Notes: generated from the letters alone by a model not told the origin. Shown: positions 40,146-51,019, numbered from the stretch's first letter. The stretch: DNA of 64,000 bases from an uncultured Gemmatimonadaceae bacterium (GCA_963781585.1 CAWAGQ010000005.1:160001-224000), one strand, 5' to 3'. Numbers and translations are program-made.

Positions 40146-43100
40146 ATGACCGGTACGACCGCCGTCCCGCGAAGCAACTGGGTCACCCGAAGCGCCGATG
40201 CGTTGCGCCGGCGCTTCGATGCCCTCCAGCTCAAGCCGGTGGTCACGGTCGGATTGCTCGGCGCGATCGCCGGCGGAGCGGCCTGGCTCACACAGCGCCA
40301 GGCGCGCGGCTCCTGCGACGCGCTCCCCTTCTCGTTCATCGACTTCGAGCTCACGTTCTCCCGGCAGTCCTTCCTTGCCCTGCTGCACTCGGCCAGGCCG
40401 TGCGGCACCGGCGCCGTGAACAGCCTGGTCTCGTCCGATCTCCTGTTCGCGCTCACCTACGCGTTGTTCCTGAGCGCGCTGTATCTCTGGGGCGAACGCT
40501 TCCTCCGGCGCTCACCCAATAACGAGCCACTCGGCACTCCCCTCTCGTTCTCGTCCTCGGCGCTCGTCATCCTTCCGTTCGTCATCGCGCTGCTGGACGG
40601 AGTCGCCGAAAACATCCCGCTGTGGGTCGCCGCCCAGCCGCTGGATTCGTCGGGCGCGACGCAGTGGCTGGTGGAGCTCGGCTCGATCGGCGCCGCGCTC
40701 AAGTGGACTGGTCTCGGCATCTTCGGCCTGGGATTCATCGGGATCCTCGCACGCGGCGCACGCGGTCGCGTTCTCTGGCGGCTCCGCTACAGCGTGATCG
40801 CCGTCGCCGCCGGCGCCCTGGCGCTGCTCGCCGTGTCGCAGGGGCAGGACATGCTGCAGCGGCTCGTCGAGGGACTCCACCCGCTCCCCCGGGTGCTGTT
40901 TGCCGTCGCCAGCCTGACGCTGACGGCCATCGTGGTCTGGTACAGCGCCCGGGTGATCACCCTTGTTCGGCTGGCGCGCGAGTCCGGGACGGATGCCCCG
41001 CATCGGGACGCCGCGGCGCGCGCCATCGATCCCTGGGAGCGCTTCTTCGAGCGGTACCTCCCGCGCATTCTGGGCGTGGCGGTCCTCGTGCTGGCCGGTG
41101 CGGCGTTTGCCAGAGCGGCACTCGCGCCGGTCCAGTTCGTTGTCGCGGCGGTGGTCTCGTACTTCGTGCCGACTGGAATCCACCTCGCGCAGCGCCGGCG
41201 CGCCGCCCGGTATTCCCCGCCGGAGGCGGTCGCGGTCGCGCCGGCTGCTCCCGGCGGGGCCGCTCGGGGCGTCGGATCGGTGCACCGCCACGGACCGGAG
41301 ACGCCGGACGACGACCCCGATCGCGGTCAGGATACGGCGGCCATGCTGCGAAGCCGTGCGCGGATCGCGCTCGCCGGCGCCGCGTTAGGCATCATCGTCG
41401 TCTGGCCAAGTCGAGTGTGGCCGTGGACCTGGCGCTACGAAGCGGTCGATCTCCTCATGCTGCGCCTCGGTGCGTGGTTCGCGCTCGTCGCCAGCTGGCT
41501 GCTGTACTACCTGATTACCTATCGGCGCGCGCTCATGGCCCGATACCTCCCCCGTGCCCGCCCGCGCGAGGAACTGGAGCGCCAGCTGGTCACCGGCTAC
41601 GCCGCGGATCACCTGCCGCCCGTCGTGAAGCGGGTCGCCGCGACCGCTGTAGTCGTGAGCCTCCTCATCCTGCTGATCACGACCTGGCGCGCGGTGCCGC
41701 TCGGCCGCGCGCTGGGCCCGCTCCCGGTGGTGGCCTTCGCGGTCGCCAACGCCGTGTTCATTGGCAGCCTGATCGCATACCTCGCCCGCAAGCATCGCCT
41801 CCCCCTGGTTTCGATGCTGCTCGCGCTGGCGGCGCTGTTCAGCCGATGGAACGACAATCACGACATGCGCCGGATCGCCGGGAGCGCGCCACCCGACACG
41901 GTGCATCGCTCGGGCCACCTGCGCGCCCGCTTCGACGCGTGGCTGCGCGCCCGCGCCGCCGAAGACCCGGGCCGAGACACCATCCCCGTGATCCTGGTGG
42001 CGGCGGCCGGCGGCGGACTCCGGGCCGCCTACTGGACCGCGCTCACCCTGGCGACCCTGCAGGATCGCGATTCCGGCAACGGCTTCGCCCGCCACGTCTT
42101 TGCCATCTCCTCCGTCTCCGGCGGGAGCGTCGGTGGTGCCCTGTTCACCGCGCTGGTCCACGACCGGAGCGAGAGCGCGGAGAATCTGTGTGTGACCGGC
42201 GACAGTCTCCCCCGCCGAATGATCCGCCCGGGACGAGGGCGAGCGCGGCGCGTCGGTCCCATGGTGCGGTGCGTGCATCGCTTCATGAACGACGACTTCC
42301 TCTCGCCGGTGCTGCTCAAGACTGCCGCGCCCGACTTCGTGCAGGGATTCCTGCCTTTCCCCATCGGAGCGTTCGATCGCGCGACCGCCCTGGAGCAATC
42401 GTGGGAGCAATCCTACGAGCAGATGACGCGACATCCGACCTTCGGCCAGGGCTACCTGTCGCTCTACACGCGCGACAGTACCGAGACGCCGTTGCTGCTC
42501 CTCAATACCACGCACGTGCAGACCGGACGGCGCTACGTGACCGCGCCGTTCGTCGACGACGGGGTGTTTCTCGATGCGCGCAGCGTGCACCAGGCGCTCG
42601 GCGCGGACCTCCCGCTCTCCACGGCGGTCCACAACAGCGCGCGGTTTCCCTTCGTGAGCCCGGCCGGACGCATCGAACGGCGCGACGGGCAGAGCTATGG
42701 ATCGCTGGTGGACGGCGGGTATTTCGAGAACTCCGGGCTGACCACCCTCGGCGACGTCAGGCGCGAGGTAGACTCGCTGCTGCAGCAGCACCGAAACGCG
42801 GACGGTGATCTGCTGGCGGCAGCCGCGATGCGCGCACGGGTCGTCGTCCTCTATCTCTGCAACGATCCGCTCGCCTGCCGGCGCGACCTCGCAGCCGACA
42901 CGTCCCTTTCCACCGATCGGAGCATAGCGGCCGAATGGCTCTCCCCGTTGCTGACGCTCCTCAACACGCGAGATGCACGCGGAACGCTCGCCCGGGCGCA
43001 GACAGAGCATGCACGCGGCGAGGATTTCTTCCAGATCAACGTCTGCGACAGTATTCCACTGGCGCGCGAACCGGCCTCACCCACCGAGACGGAGCGGCTG

Positions 43101-43289
43101 AAGGTTGGACACACTCGGGTGGTGAATCCGCCGCTTGGCTGGCTCCTGTCGCGCATGGCGCGCGACTGGATGGATTCCTCGCTCGCCCCGGGCGCGATGC
43201 AGGACACCGCGAGGTCCCCTGTGCTGAGCTGCCGGCGGCGCAACGCGAATGAGCTCGAGACGCTGCTGGCGTTGCTGAGCCGGAGGTAG
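40146..43289 (+). CDS. Multi-pass membrane protein with patatin-like phospholipase domain
   Basis: Many TM segments, then 'AAAGGGLRAAYW', 'SSVSGGS', 'SARFP', 'DGGYFENSG'. Confidence 0.85.
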   Translation: MTGTTAVPRSNWVTRSADALRRRFDALQLKPVVTVGLLGAIAGGAAWLTQRQARGSCDALPFSFIDFELTFSRQSFLALLHSARPCGTGAVNSLVSSDLLFALTYALFLSALYLWGERFLRRSPNNEPLGTPLSFSSSALVILPFVIALLDGVAENIPLWVAAQPLDSSGATQWLVELGSIGAALKWTGLGIFGLGFIGILARGARGRVLWRLRYSVIAVAAGALALLAVSQGQDMLQRLVEGLHPLPRVLFAVASLTLTAIVVWYSARVITLVRLARESGTDAPHRDAAARAIDPWERFFERYLPRILGVAVLVLAGAAFARAALAPVQFVVAAVVSYFVPTGIHLAQRRRAARYSPPEAVAVAPAAPGGAARGVGSVHRHGPETPDDDPDRGQDTAAMLRSRARIALAGAALGIIVVWPSRVWPWTWRYEAVDLLMLRLGAWFALVASWLLYYLITYRRALMARYLPRARPREELERQLVTGYAADHLPPVVKRVAATAVVVSLLILLITTWRAVPLGRALGPLPVVAFAVANAVFIGSLIAYLARKHRLPLVSMLLALAALFSRWNDNHDMRRIAGSAPPDTVHRSGHLRARFDAWLRARAAEDPGRDTIPVILVAAAGGGLRAAYWTALTLATLQDRDSGNGFARHVFAISSVSGGSVGGALFTALVHDRSESAENLCVTGDSLPRRMIRPGRGRARRVGPMVRCVHRFMNDDFLSPVLLKTAAPDFVQGFLPFPIGAFDRATALEQSWEQSYEQMTRHPTFGQGYLSLYTRDSTETPLLLLNTTHVQTGRRYVTAPFVDDGVFLDARSVHQALGADLPLSTAVHNSARFPFVSPAGRIERRDGQSYGSLVDGGYFENSGLTTLGDVRREVDSLLQQHRNADGDLLAAAAMRARVVVLYLCNDPLACRRDLAADTSLSTDRSIAAEWLSPLLTLLNTRDARGTLARAQTEHARGEDFFQINVCDSIPLAREPASPTETERLKVGHTRVVNPPLGWLLSRMARDWMDSSLAPGAMQDTARSPVLSCRRRNANELETLLALLSRR

Positions 43290-43320
43290 AGTGGCTGCCC
43301 GGAAGATCATTCCCTGCGTC

Positions 43321-43743
43321 ATGCATCGCGCCCGCGGCCTCACCCTGATCGAACTGCTCATCGTTCTCGCCGTCATGTCGCTTCTGGCCGCGATCGCCTT
43401 CGGGTCGTATCGCAACGCCAAGTCGAAGGCGTACATGGCGACCATGGAGGCGGACCTCAACCGCCTGCGCACCGCCGAAGAGAGCTGGTTCATCGAGAAC
43501 CACGCCTACTCGATGAGCACCACCGCGCTCGGCTTCACGCCGTCGGCGGGGATCAGTATCGTCCTGGCCAGTTCCAATCCGGCCATGGGATACGCCGCCA
43601 TCGCCACGGTAACCGCGTTCGGCGGAGGCCAGTGCGGATTGTTTGTCGGTGAAGAAGCGGTGACCTCCACATCCGGCACGACCGTCTGCACTCAGGAGAA
43701 CACGGGGTCGCAAGCCGCTGGTGCATCGGGAACGAAGAAGTGA
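43321..43743 (+). CDS. Type IV pilin-like protein
   Basis: Prepilin cleavage/methylation motif 'RGLTLIELLIVLAV' and a C-terminal Cys pair. Confidence 0.9.
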   Translation: MHRARGLTLIELLIVLAVMSLLAAIAFGSYRNAKSKAYMATMEADLNRLRTAEESWFIENHAYSMSTTALGFTPSAGISIVLASSNPAMGYAAIATVTAFGGGQCGLFVGEEAVTSTSGTTVCTQENTGSQAAGASGTKK

Positions 43744-44051
43744 CCCGGATGCCGAATCCGCTGGACCCCCTCGACGGCAGTCCTGACAGCACGCTCGACC
43801 TCCACGGATTCGGCGCCACCGAGGCTGCGGCCGCGTTCGAGCAGTTCCTCTCGCGGGAAGCGCGCCGCGAGCCGGGCGCGCTCCTCCATGTCATCACCGG
43901 AAAGGGCCGTAACTCGCCCAACGGCCCGGTGCTGCAACGCGTCATCCGGCGCATTATCCTCGGCGACCACACTCGCCGCATCGTCGCCTGGGGCCGCGAC
44001 GATGACGAAGGGGGGTTCCTGGTGCGCCTCAGCCGCGGCCGGGCACGTTGA
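43740..44051 (+). CDS. Smr/MutS2 C-terminal domain protein
   Basis: 'TLDLHG', 'VITGKGRNS', 'GGFLV'. Confidence 0.9.
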   Translation: MTRMPNPLDPLDGSPDSTLDLHGFGATEAAAAFEQFLSREARREPGALLHVITGKGRNSPNGPVLQRVIRRIILGDHTRRIVAWGRDDDEGGFLVRLSRGRAR

Positions 44052-45759
44052 AAAGCGCGATTGGTATCGTCGCGCACCTCACGATCCTGGCCGCGGCGCT
44101 GATCGGGGGCGCGTGTACGCAGTCGCAAGCGGGACCAGATCTCATCTTGCACCACGCCGCGGTGCACACCATGGACCCGCGCCAGCCGTTTGCCGAGGCG
44201 GTCGCGGTTACCGGCGGGCGCATCACGTTCGTCGGCTCCGACAGCGACGCCCTGAAGCTGGTGTCGCGCAACACACGGGTCATCGACGCGGGCGGTCGCC
44301 TGCTGCTTCCGGGATTCATCGACACCCACGTCCATCCGGTGGAGGGGGGGCTGAGGCTGGGCGAGTGCGATCTGCACGACATCATGACGCGCGACTCGCT
44401 CTTCCGCGCGATCGTGGAATGCGCCCGGCGAAATCCCACGGCCGCCTGGGTGCGGGGCGGCGGATTCGAGCTCCCTCTGTTCCCAGACGGGAATCCGTCG
44501 CGCCTGCTGCTCGACTCGCTCGTGCCTGACCGCCCGGCGTTTCTCACGTCGACCGACGAGCACAATGCCTGGGCGAACTCGCGCGCGTTGGCGGTTTCCG
44601 GCGTCACGCGCGACGCGAAGGATCCGCCCCACGGACGCATCGAGCGCGACGCGGCCGGGAATCCGTCGGGTACGCTGCGTGAAGCCGCTCAGGATCTGGT
44701 CGCGAGCCATCTGCCCGCATACGCCGATGCGGATCACGACGCGGCGCTCGAGCGGGCGATGGCACTGGCCAATCGCTTCGGCATCACCACCTGGCACGAG
44801 GCCAACGCCGACGAGGCGATCGTTCGCGCTTATCATCGGGCCGACTCGCTGGGCACGCTCACGGTTCGGACGGTCGTGGCCCTTCATGTCGATCCCGATC
44901 GCGGCACCGCACAGATCCCCATCCTCGATTCACTGCGGCGCCGGTACGGAACGTCTCTCGTGCAGGTGACGGCGGCCAAGATCTTCGTCGATGGTGTCAT
45001 CGAGGGACACACCGCCGTGGTGCTCCAGCCCTATCTCGACCGGCCCGGCTTTCGCGGTCAGCTCAAGGTGTCGCCCGGCCGAGCTCGACACGCTCGTGCA
45101 CGCGCTCGATTCCGCCGGGATTCAAGGTGCACGTGCACGCCATCGGCGACCGGGCCATCCGCACCACGCTCGACGCATTCGAGAAACAGCACGCCATCGA
45201 CGGCGGCGCCGGGCCACGCCACATCATCGCCCATCTCCAGCTCTTCGATCCCGCGGACATTCCCCGACTCGCCAGGCTCGGTGTTGCGGCCTCATTCCAG
45301 CCGCTCTGGGCATTTCGCGACACGTACATGAGGGATCTCACCGAGCCGCGTCTCGGGCCGCGACGTTCGCGCTGGCAGTATCCCATCGCCAGCGTCGTGC
45401 GGACCGGTGCAATCGTCGCTGGGGGGAGTGACTGGCCGGTCACGTCGATGGATCCGCTCCAGGCGATCCAGGTGGCGGTGACGCGCCAGCGTCCGACCGA
45501 TTCGACGGACGCGCCGTTCTATCCCGAGGAACGCGTCGACGTGCCGACGGCGATCGGCATGTACACCAGCGCAGCGGCGATGGCAGTCGATCAGGACTCA
45601 CTCACCGGCACGATTGCCGTGGGCAAGGCCGCCGATCTCATCGTGCTGTCGGACGACCTGTTCGCGGAGTCCGTGTACCGCATCGCCAGTACCCACGTGA
45701 TCCTGACGCTGATGAGTGGTCGCGAGGTCTTTCGCGATTCCGTGCTGTTCCGCCCGTAA
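44048..45759 (+). CDS. YtcJ-like amidohydrolase (two +1 frameshifts, near 45075 and 45118)
   Basis: 'PGFIDTHVH', 'KIFVDG', 'HAIGDRA', 'GSDWP', 'GKAADL'. Removing one C and one G from homopolymers restores 'LKVSPAELDTLVHALDSAGFKVHVHAIGD'. Confidence 0.9.
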
Positions 45760-45781
45760 TTGGGGTCAGACTCGAATTTCC
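45758..45781. repeat. Third copy of the REP-like element AATTGGGGTCAGACTCGAATTTCC
   Basis: Identical to the core of the copy at 15459-15482; overlaps the amidohydrolase stop codon. Confidence 0.85.
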
Positions 45782-45986
45782 CAGCGCGCCGGCAAACGCT
45801 GCTCGATTCTGCGAGAGCCGCCCGCGAGTTCGTCGCCCACGTCGCGGCAGGGCGAGTGCGAGGATTCGGTGCCATTCACGCGGGTGACCAGCCGACGCTG
45901 CGGCGCACCTCGTGCGGGTGTGGTTCCACCCGGGTGTCTGTAGCATTGAGCAACCGGGGATCCGTACACTGCAACCGAGAGGACAC

Positions 45987-47504
45987 ATGCGACCATCCGG
46001 GGTGAGTCAGGTCGCGGCCAGATGGCCGAGCTTCAGGTTACGCGCGTTCGCCGCCGCGACCGTCCTGCTCGTGGCCGCCGCATCGGCGTCAGGCGCGCAG
46101 CTCATTACGCCGAAGACGGTGCCAGTCCGTCAGGCGCAGCAGTTCGAGATCTTCCCGTCCGATCGGGCGGGGATGGCCGGAGTATCGATCGCGCTCGACG
46201 ACACGGTGCTCGATCCGTTCGCAAATCCCGCAAAGACCGTCCGCGTCCCGGGAGGCCTCGTCCAGATCTCGCCGTTCGTTCACTCAGTGAGTCTCGCGGG
46301 TGGAGGTGGGCGCACCATTCCGGTGAGCGCGTTCGCCTCGTCAGGCGGGTGGTCCGGCGCCGCCCTGGTCTCGCTCCAGGAGCTCGACCGGCCCACGCGG
46401 AGCACCGGCGCCCCGCTCAGCGAGCAGCACGGCACCAACGAGTACCTGGCCGGTACCCTGGCGCTCCGGCTCTCTCCTGGATTCTCCGTCGGCCTCGGCG
46501 TCCACTGGGCCGACCTGAGCGCGGTCGACGGCGTCGACAAGCTGTACAGCGGGAGCGACAGCCTGCGCGAGGCGGGTCACCAGCTCGACCTGCGCCTTGG
46601 TCTGCTCAGGCAGTGGGGCGTTGGACGGTCGTTCGAGCTGCTGGTGCTCCGAAACACCTATGACATGCGCCACGATGTGCACTACCCGGCCCTCTATCGG
46701 TACACGCCGTGCTGCCCGGGGCCGCCCCCCGAGATCTTCCCGGAGCACGAAGAGCACAACGCGGACCGTACCAATACGTGGGGCGTGCACACGGCATACT
46801 CGCAGCCGGTGGGCGCTCATGGCTGGCGTGTGGGCTGGCTGGCCACCATGAACAAGCTCACCCATCCCCGCATCCCCAACTATACGCTGGTCAGCCTTCC
46901 CCGCGATCCGGGGTTCACCAACGCCTTCAATGCCGGCGCCGGGATCGCCCGCCTCTCCGGCGGAACCACGTTAGGCATCGATGTCGTGCTCGAGCCGATG
47001 TGGAGTCACACCTGGGCAACCGCCGCGCACGACACCATGACCGCGGTGGACGGCATCATTCACGCCGGAGCACGCACCGTCGATAATCACTTCCGGTTCG
47101 CGAACACGCACCTGCGGGTGGGGTTCGGCCAGGACATCCCCATCACCGCGGATTCCGCGACCACGCTCGGCCTCCAGGCCGGCCTCGGCCTCTACTCCAT
47201 CAAATACCGGCTCAACCAACAGAACTACGTGTCGTACGTCTCGCGAACCCAGGATGAGAACTGGATCGAGTGGACGCCCACCCTCGGCGCTCGCCTGCGC
47301 AGCCGGAATGTGGAGGTGGCCTACACCTTCAGCATGACATGCGGGCCGGATTGCAGCCGAAACCACGAGCCCGTGTTCTACCCGCCCCCGGTGCCGCTCG
47401 AGGGGGACGGGGGCGGTGTCATCGCGGCGCCTAACGCACCGCTCACCTTCGACGGCGGGCGCGCAACCATGCATCGGATCACCGTGTCTTTCCGGATGCG
47501 CTGA
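45987..47504 (+). CDS. Secreted hypothetical protein, probable outer-membrane beta-barrel
   Basis: GAGGA RBS, signal peptide, many alternating amphipathic beta segments, C-terminal 'HRITVSFRMR'. Confidence 0.75.
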   Translation: MRPSGVSQVAARWPSFRLRAFAAATVLLVAAASASGAQLITPKTVPVRQAQQFEIFPSDRAGMAGVSIALDDTVLDPFANPAKTVRVPGGLVQISPFVHSVSLAGGGGRTIPVSAFASSGGWSGAALVSLQELDRPTRSTGAPLSEQHGTNEYLAGTLALRLSPGFSVGLGVHWADLSAVDGVDKLYSGSDSLREAGHQLDLRLGLLRQWGVGRSFELLVLRNTYDMRHDVHYPALYRYTPCCPGPPPEIFPEHEEHNADRTNTWGVHTAYSQPVGAHGWRVGWLATMNKLTHPRIPNYTLVSLPRDPGFTNAFNAGAGIARLSGGTTLGIDVVLEPMWSHTWATAAHDTMTAVDGIIHAGARTVDNHFRFANTHLRVGFGQDIPITADSATTLGLQAGLGLYSIKYRLNQQNYVSYVSRTQDENWIEWTPTLGARLRSRNVEVAYTFSMTCGPDCSRNHEPVFYPPPVPLEGDGGGVIAAPNAPLTFDGGRATMHRITVSFRMR

Positions 47505-47611
47505 CGGTCGCAGGGCGGAGAGGATTGGGGGCAGTCCCGGAAGGCGAACGACGACGCATCCCCCGAGGCAGAGCCGGGAAGAACGATGAGGCGCGGGAGC
47601 GAACGACTCGG

Positions 47612-49753
47612 TTACCTCCCCGCTTTCCCTCCAATCGTCGCCTGGGTCTCGAGCCGGATCGGCAACCGCCGCACGCGCGTTCCCGTCAACCGGAAGATCG
47701 CGTTCGCCACCGCCGGACCGATCTGCGGCACCCCGGGCTCACCGGCTCCCCCGGGCTCTTCCTCGCTATCGACAAGGAAGATGTCGTATTCCGGCGCCTC
47801 GGTGATCCGCACCATCCGGTAGTCGTTGAAGTTCCCCTGCTTCACGCGGCCGTTCTCGATCGTGATCTCGCCATACAGCGCCGCCGTGAGACCGCCAATG
47901 ATTGCCCCCATCAGCTGCGCTTCGACTATCCCCGGGTGCATGACGCGGCCACAGTCGGCCACGCACCACACCTTGTGTACGCGCACCCGATTGTTCTGCA
48001 CCGACACCTCGGCCACCTCGGCCACATACGACCCATCCAGCTCGGCGATCGCCAGCCCGCGTGCCCGGCCGGCCGGCGCCGGGGTCTTCCATGCCGAGCG
48101 CTGCGCCGCCACCTCCAGCACGTGTTTCATCCGCGGCGCGCCCGACAGCAGTTCGAGCCGCACATCGAGCGGGTCGCGATTGGCCGCGTGGGCCAGCTCG
48201 TCCATGAAACTCTCGATGAAGAACGCGTTCTGCGACGGACCCACCGACCGCCAGTAGCCCACCGGCACCGCGATGTCGGGCTTGCTGTAGTCCACGTGGA
48301 GATTGGGAATGGCGTATGGCGTATTGGAGATGGCGTCCACCGCCGGGCCGTCCACGCCCCCGCGTCCGCCGGAAATCGGCGGCGTGGCAACGCGCGCGCG
48401 CAGCGCGACCACCTTCCCCTGTGCGTCCAGCCCACCCTGGAATTCCACGTGGGCCGCCGGCCGGTACTGGTCGTGCTGCATGTCCTCCTCGCGTGTCCAC
48501 AGCACCTGCACCGGCGCGCCGATCTTCTTCGACGTCTCGACCGCGTCCTCGACGAAATCGGTGCGCGAGCGCCGCCCCCAGCCACAGCCCAGGTACGGCA
48601 CGTGCACCGTCACTTTGTCGATCGGCAGACCGGTGATCTGCGCTGCCGCGCTCTGGGTCCCCTGCGGGTTCTGCGTCGGCGCCCAGATCTCGCAGCGGTC
48701 GGCGCGCACGTCGGCCGTACAGTTCATCGGCTCCATCGTCGCATGGGCGAGATACGGCGCCTGATACGTGGCGTCGATGCGATGCGCCGCGCCCGACAGC
48801 GCGGAGTCGACGTTTCCTTCACTCCGCGCCTGCGTCCCGGGTTGCCGAACGAGCTGAGCGAGGTTGCTGAAGATCTCGTCGCTGTTCATCGCGAAGCCGC
48901 CGCTCTGCCACTGCACGCTCAGTGCGCGTGCTCCCTTGATCGCCGCCCAGGTGTTCTCGGCCACCACCGCCACACCCTGCGAGACCTGGACGACCTGCTT
49001 CACGCCGGGCACCGCGCGCGTCTTCGTGTCGTCGAACGAGCGGACCGAATCACCGAACACCGGGGGATGCACCACGGTGGCGAACAGCATGCCGGGAACG
49101 CGCGCGTCGATCCCGTAGGCGGCACGCCCGGAGACCTTCTCCTTCGTGTCGACCAGCGGGATCCGCTTGCCGATCAGCTTGAACTCTTTCGGATCCTTGA
49201 GCTGCGGCTGTGACGGTACCGCCATGGCCGATGCGGCGTCGGCCACCTCGCCGTATCCCACCGACCGTTTCGAGGCATCGTGGTACACCCGGCCGGCCTC
49301 GGTCCGACAGGCGGACGCGCTCACGCCCCATTTCGCGGCCGCCGCGGCCACCAGCATCTGACGGGCAGTCGCGCCGGCCTGCCGCAGCGCCATCCATGCG
49401 TTCCCGCGCACACTGGAGCTCCCCACCGTCATCATGCGGCCGTATTTCCGCGGGTCCGCATCCGCCTGCACGATGCGCACCTTGCTCCAGTCCGCGTCGA
49501 GCTCCTCGGCCACGATCATCGGCATGGCAGTCCGGACGCCCTGTCCCATGTCGGAGCGCCCGGACCAGATCGTCACTGACCCGTCGGTGTCGACCCGCAC
49601 GAAGGCGTTAGGCTGAAGCGGCGCCGCGGTGCGCGTACTGCGTTCCGGCCGTCGCGCCACATCGGGGAAATAGACGCCGAGGAACAGACCGCCACCGGCG
49701 ACCGCGCCGAGCTTCAGGAAATCGCGGCGGTCGAGCTTGGAGATCGTGGTCAT
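47612..49753 (-). CDS. iorB: Molybdopterin-binding subunit, isoquinoline 1-oxidoreductase beta / xanthine dehydrogenase family
   Basis: Tat 'RRDFLK', 'DMGQG', 'HATMEPMN', 'W.REED', 'GAGEPG'. Confidence 0.92.
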   Translation of the reverse strand: MTTISKLDRRDFLKLGAVAGGGLFLGVYFPDVARRPERSTRTAAPLQPNAFVRVDTDGSVTIWSGRSDMGQGVRTAMPMIVAEELDADWSKVRIVQADADPRKYGRMMTVGSSSVRGNAWMALRQAGATARQMLVAAAAAKWGVSASACRTEAGRVYHDASKRSVGYGEVADAASAMAVPSQPQLKDPKEFKLIGKRIPLVDTKEKVSGRAAYGIDARVPGMLFATVVHPPVFGDSVRSFDDTKTRAVPGVKQVVQVSQGVAVVAENTWAAIKGARALSVQWQSGGFAMNSDEIFSNLAQLVRQPGTQARSEGNVDSALSGAAHRIDATYQAPYLAHATMEPMNCTADVRADRCEIWAPTQNPQGTQSAAAQITGLPIDKVTVHVPYLGCGWGRRSRTDFVEDAVETSKKIGAPVQVLWTREEDMQHDQYRPAAHVEFQGGLDAQGKVVALRARVATPPISGGRGGVDGPAVDAISNTPYAIPNLHVDYSKPDIAVPVGYWRSVGPSQNAFFIESFMDELAHAANRDPLDVRLELLSGAPRMKHVLEVAAQRSAWKTPAPAGRARGLAIAELDGSYVAEVAEVSVQNNRVRVHKVWCVADCGRVMHPGIVEAQLMGAIIGGLTAALYGEITIENGRVKQGNFNDYRMVRITEAPEYDIFLVDSEEEPGGAGEPGVPQIGPAVANAIFRLTGTRVRRLPIRLETQATIGGKAGR

Positions 49754-49756
49754 CGC

Positions 49757-50215
49757 TTAGCCCTCCCGCACGGCGCGATGGATCGCGCGCCGGATCCGAT
49801 CGTAGGTTCCGCAGCGACAGATGTTGCCTGACATGGCGCGATCGATGTCGGCATCGGTCGGACTCCTGTTCGCGGCGAGGAGCGCCGCGGCCGACATGAT
49901 CTGTCCCGACTGGCAGTAGCCGCACTGCGGGACCTCCTCGGCGATCCAGGCCTTCTGGACCGCGTGCGTCACGTCGGGCGACAGCCCTTCTATTGTAGTG
50001 ATCGCGCGATCACCGACGTCGGACACCGGCGTGCGGCAGGAATGCACCGCCTTGCCCTCGAGGTGGACGGTGCAGGCGCCGCACTGCCCGATGCCGCAGC
50101 CGTACTTGGTGCCGGTGAGGCCGGCGGCGTCGCGGAGGACCCAGAGCAATGGCGTATCGGGCTCGACATTGAGCTGCCGGGAGCGTCCGTTGATGCGCAG
50201 GGTGATCGCTGCCAT
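49757..50215 (-). CDS. iorA: (2Fe-2S)-binding small subunit
   Basis: '[16 protein letters not shown]', 'QCGYCQSG', 'NICRCGTY'. Confidence 0.95.
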   Translation of the reverse strand: MAAITLRINGRSRQLNVEPDTPLLWVLRDAAGLTGTKYGCGIGQCGACTVHLEGKAVHSCRTPVSDVGDRAITTIEGLSPDVTHAVQKAWIAEEVPQCGYCQSGQIMSAAALLAANRSPTDADIDRAMSGNICRCGTYDRIRRAIHRAVREG

Positions 50216-50366
50216 GTGTCTCTCCGTTTGAGACGGGATCAGATCTCCACGCTACATCGAGAGCGGCGCGAGGTCCAGAGTTTCGAGGCGCTTGGGGCGC
50301 AGCACCACGCGGCGAGCCCTGCGAAGCGCGCAACTGCGCGCTCCTCGACGGCCGCCTGCCGGCGCA

Positions 50367-50780
50367 TCAGGGGCGCAGCACGAATGCGCGGACGTGTCTC
50401 GGACGCACAGTGCCAAAGTGCCGTCGATCGGTCGTGAGCAGTTCGCGCGACTCCAGCCGTTCGGCAGTGGCCACGATCACGGCAGCGACGAATCCGATGG
50501 GGAAATCCGCGTACTGACGCATGACGTCGGCCGCGCGATTCACATCCTCCATCTCCAGATCCTCGAGCACGAATTCGCCCTCGGCCACGGATCGCACGAA
50601 GGCCTCTTCCGCGATGGGACCGATGCGCGTCTCCAGGAGATAGGCGACCTCCGGCAGGACGACGACAGGTACCACGACCGAAGCCCCGTGGTCCGCCCAC
50701 CAATTCAGCGTCCGCTCGTGCCACGCGTCGCTCCTGTCGGCGAGCGCGTAGAGGGCCCCCGAGTCCGCGATGATGGTCAC
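50367..50780 (-). CDS. vapC: PIN-domain toxin (VapC)
   Basis: 'IIADSG', 'VLPEV', 'LLTTDRRHF'. The third acidic site appears replaced ('GFVAA' rather than 'VDA'). Confidence 0.9.
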   Translation of the reverse strand: MTIIADSGALYALADRSDAWHERTLNWWADHGASVVVPVVVLPEVAYLLETRIGPIAEEAFVRSVAEGEFVLEDLEMEDVNRAADVMRQYADFPIGFVAAVIVATAERLESRELLTTDRRHFGTVRPRHVRAFVLRP

Positions 50781-50786
50781 CGCCTG

Positions 50787-51017
50787 CTACGCGTGCGGAT
50801 CACGCCAGAGGAGCTCGTCGACGCGGGCCGATGTATCGTGCTCGCCGCTCGCGAAACGTCCGGCTATCGACGGCAGCGTGCCGGAGCCGCCGGGCCGCGC
50901 AACGTACTGGGCGAGCGCCTCGCGCACGAGGTGCGCAAAGCTCGTCCCGCGTCGTGCGGCCAGACGCTGCAGGCGGCGCCGAAGTTTGTCGTCAAGGAAG
51001 ATGGTCGTGCGCCTCAT
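50787..51017 (-). CDS. RHH/CopG-family antitoxin (VapB-like)
   Basis: 'MRRTTIFLDD...AARRGTSFAHLVREAL'; lies directly upstream of the PIN gene. Confidence 0.88.
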   Translation of the reverse strand: MRRTTIFLDDKLRRRLQRLAARRGTSFAHLVREALAQYVARPGGSGTLPSIAGRFASGEHDTSARVDELLWRDPHA

Positions 51018-51019
51018 GT

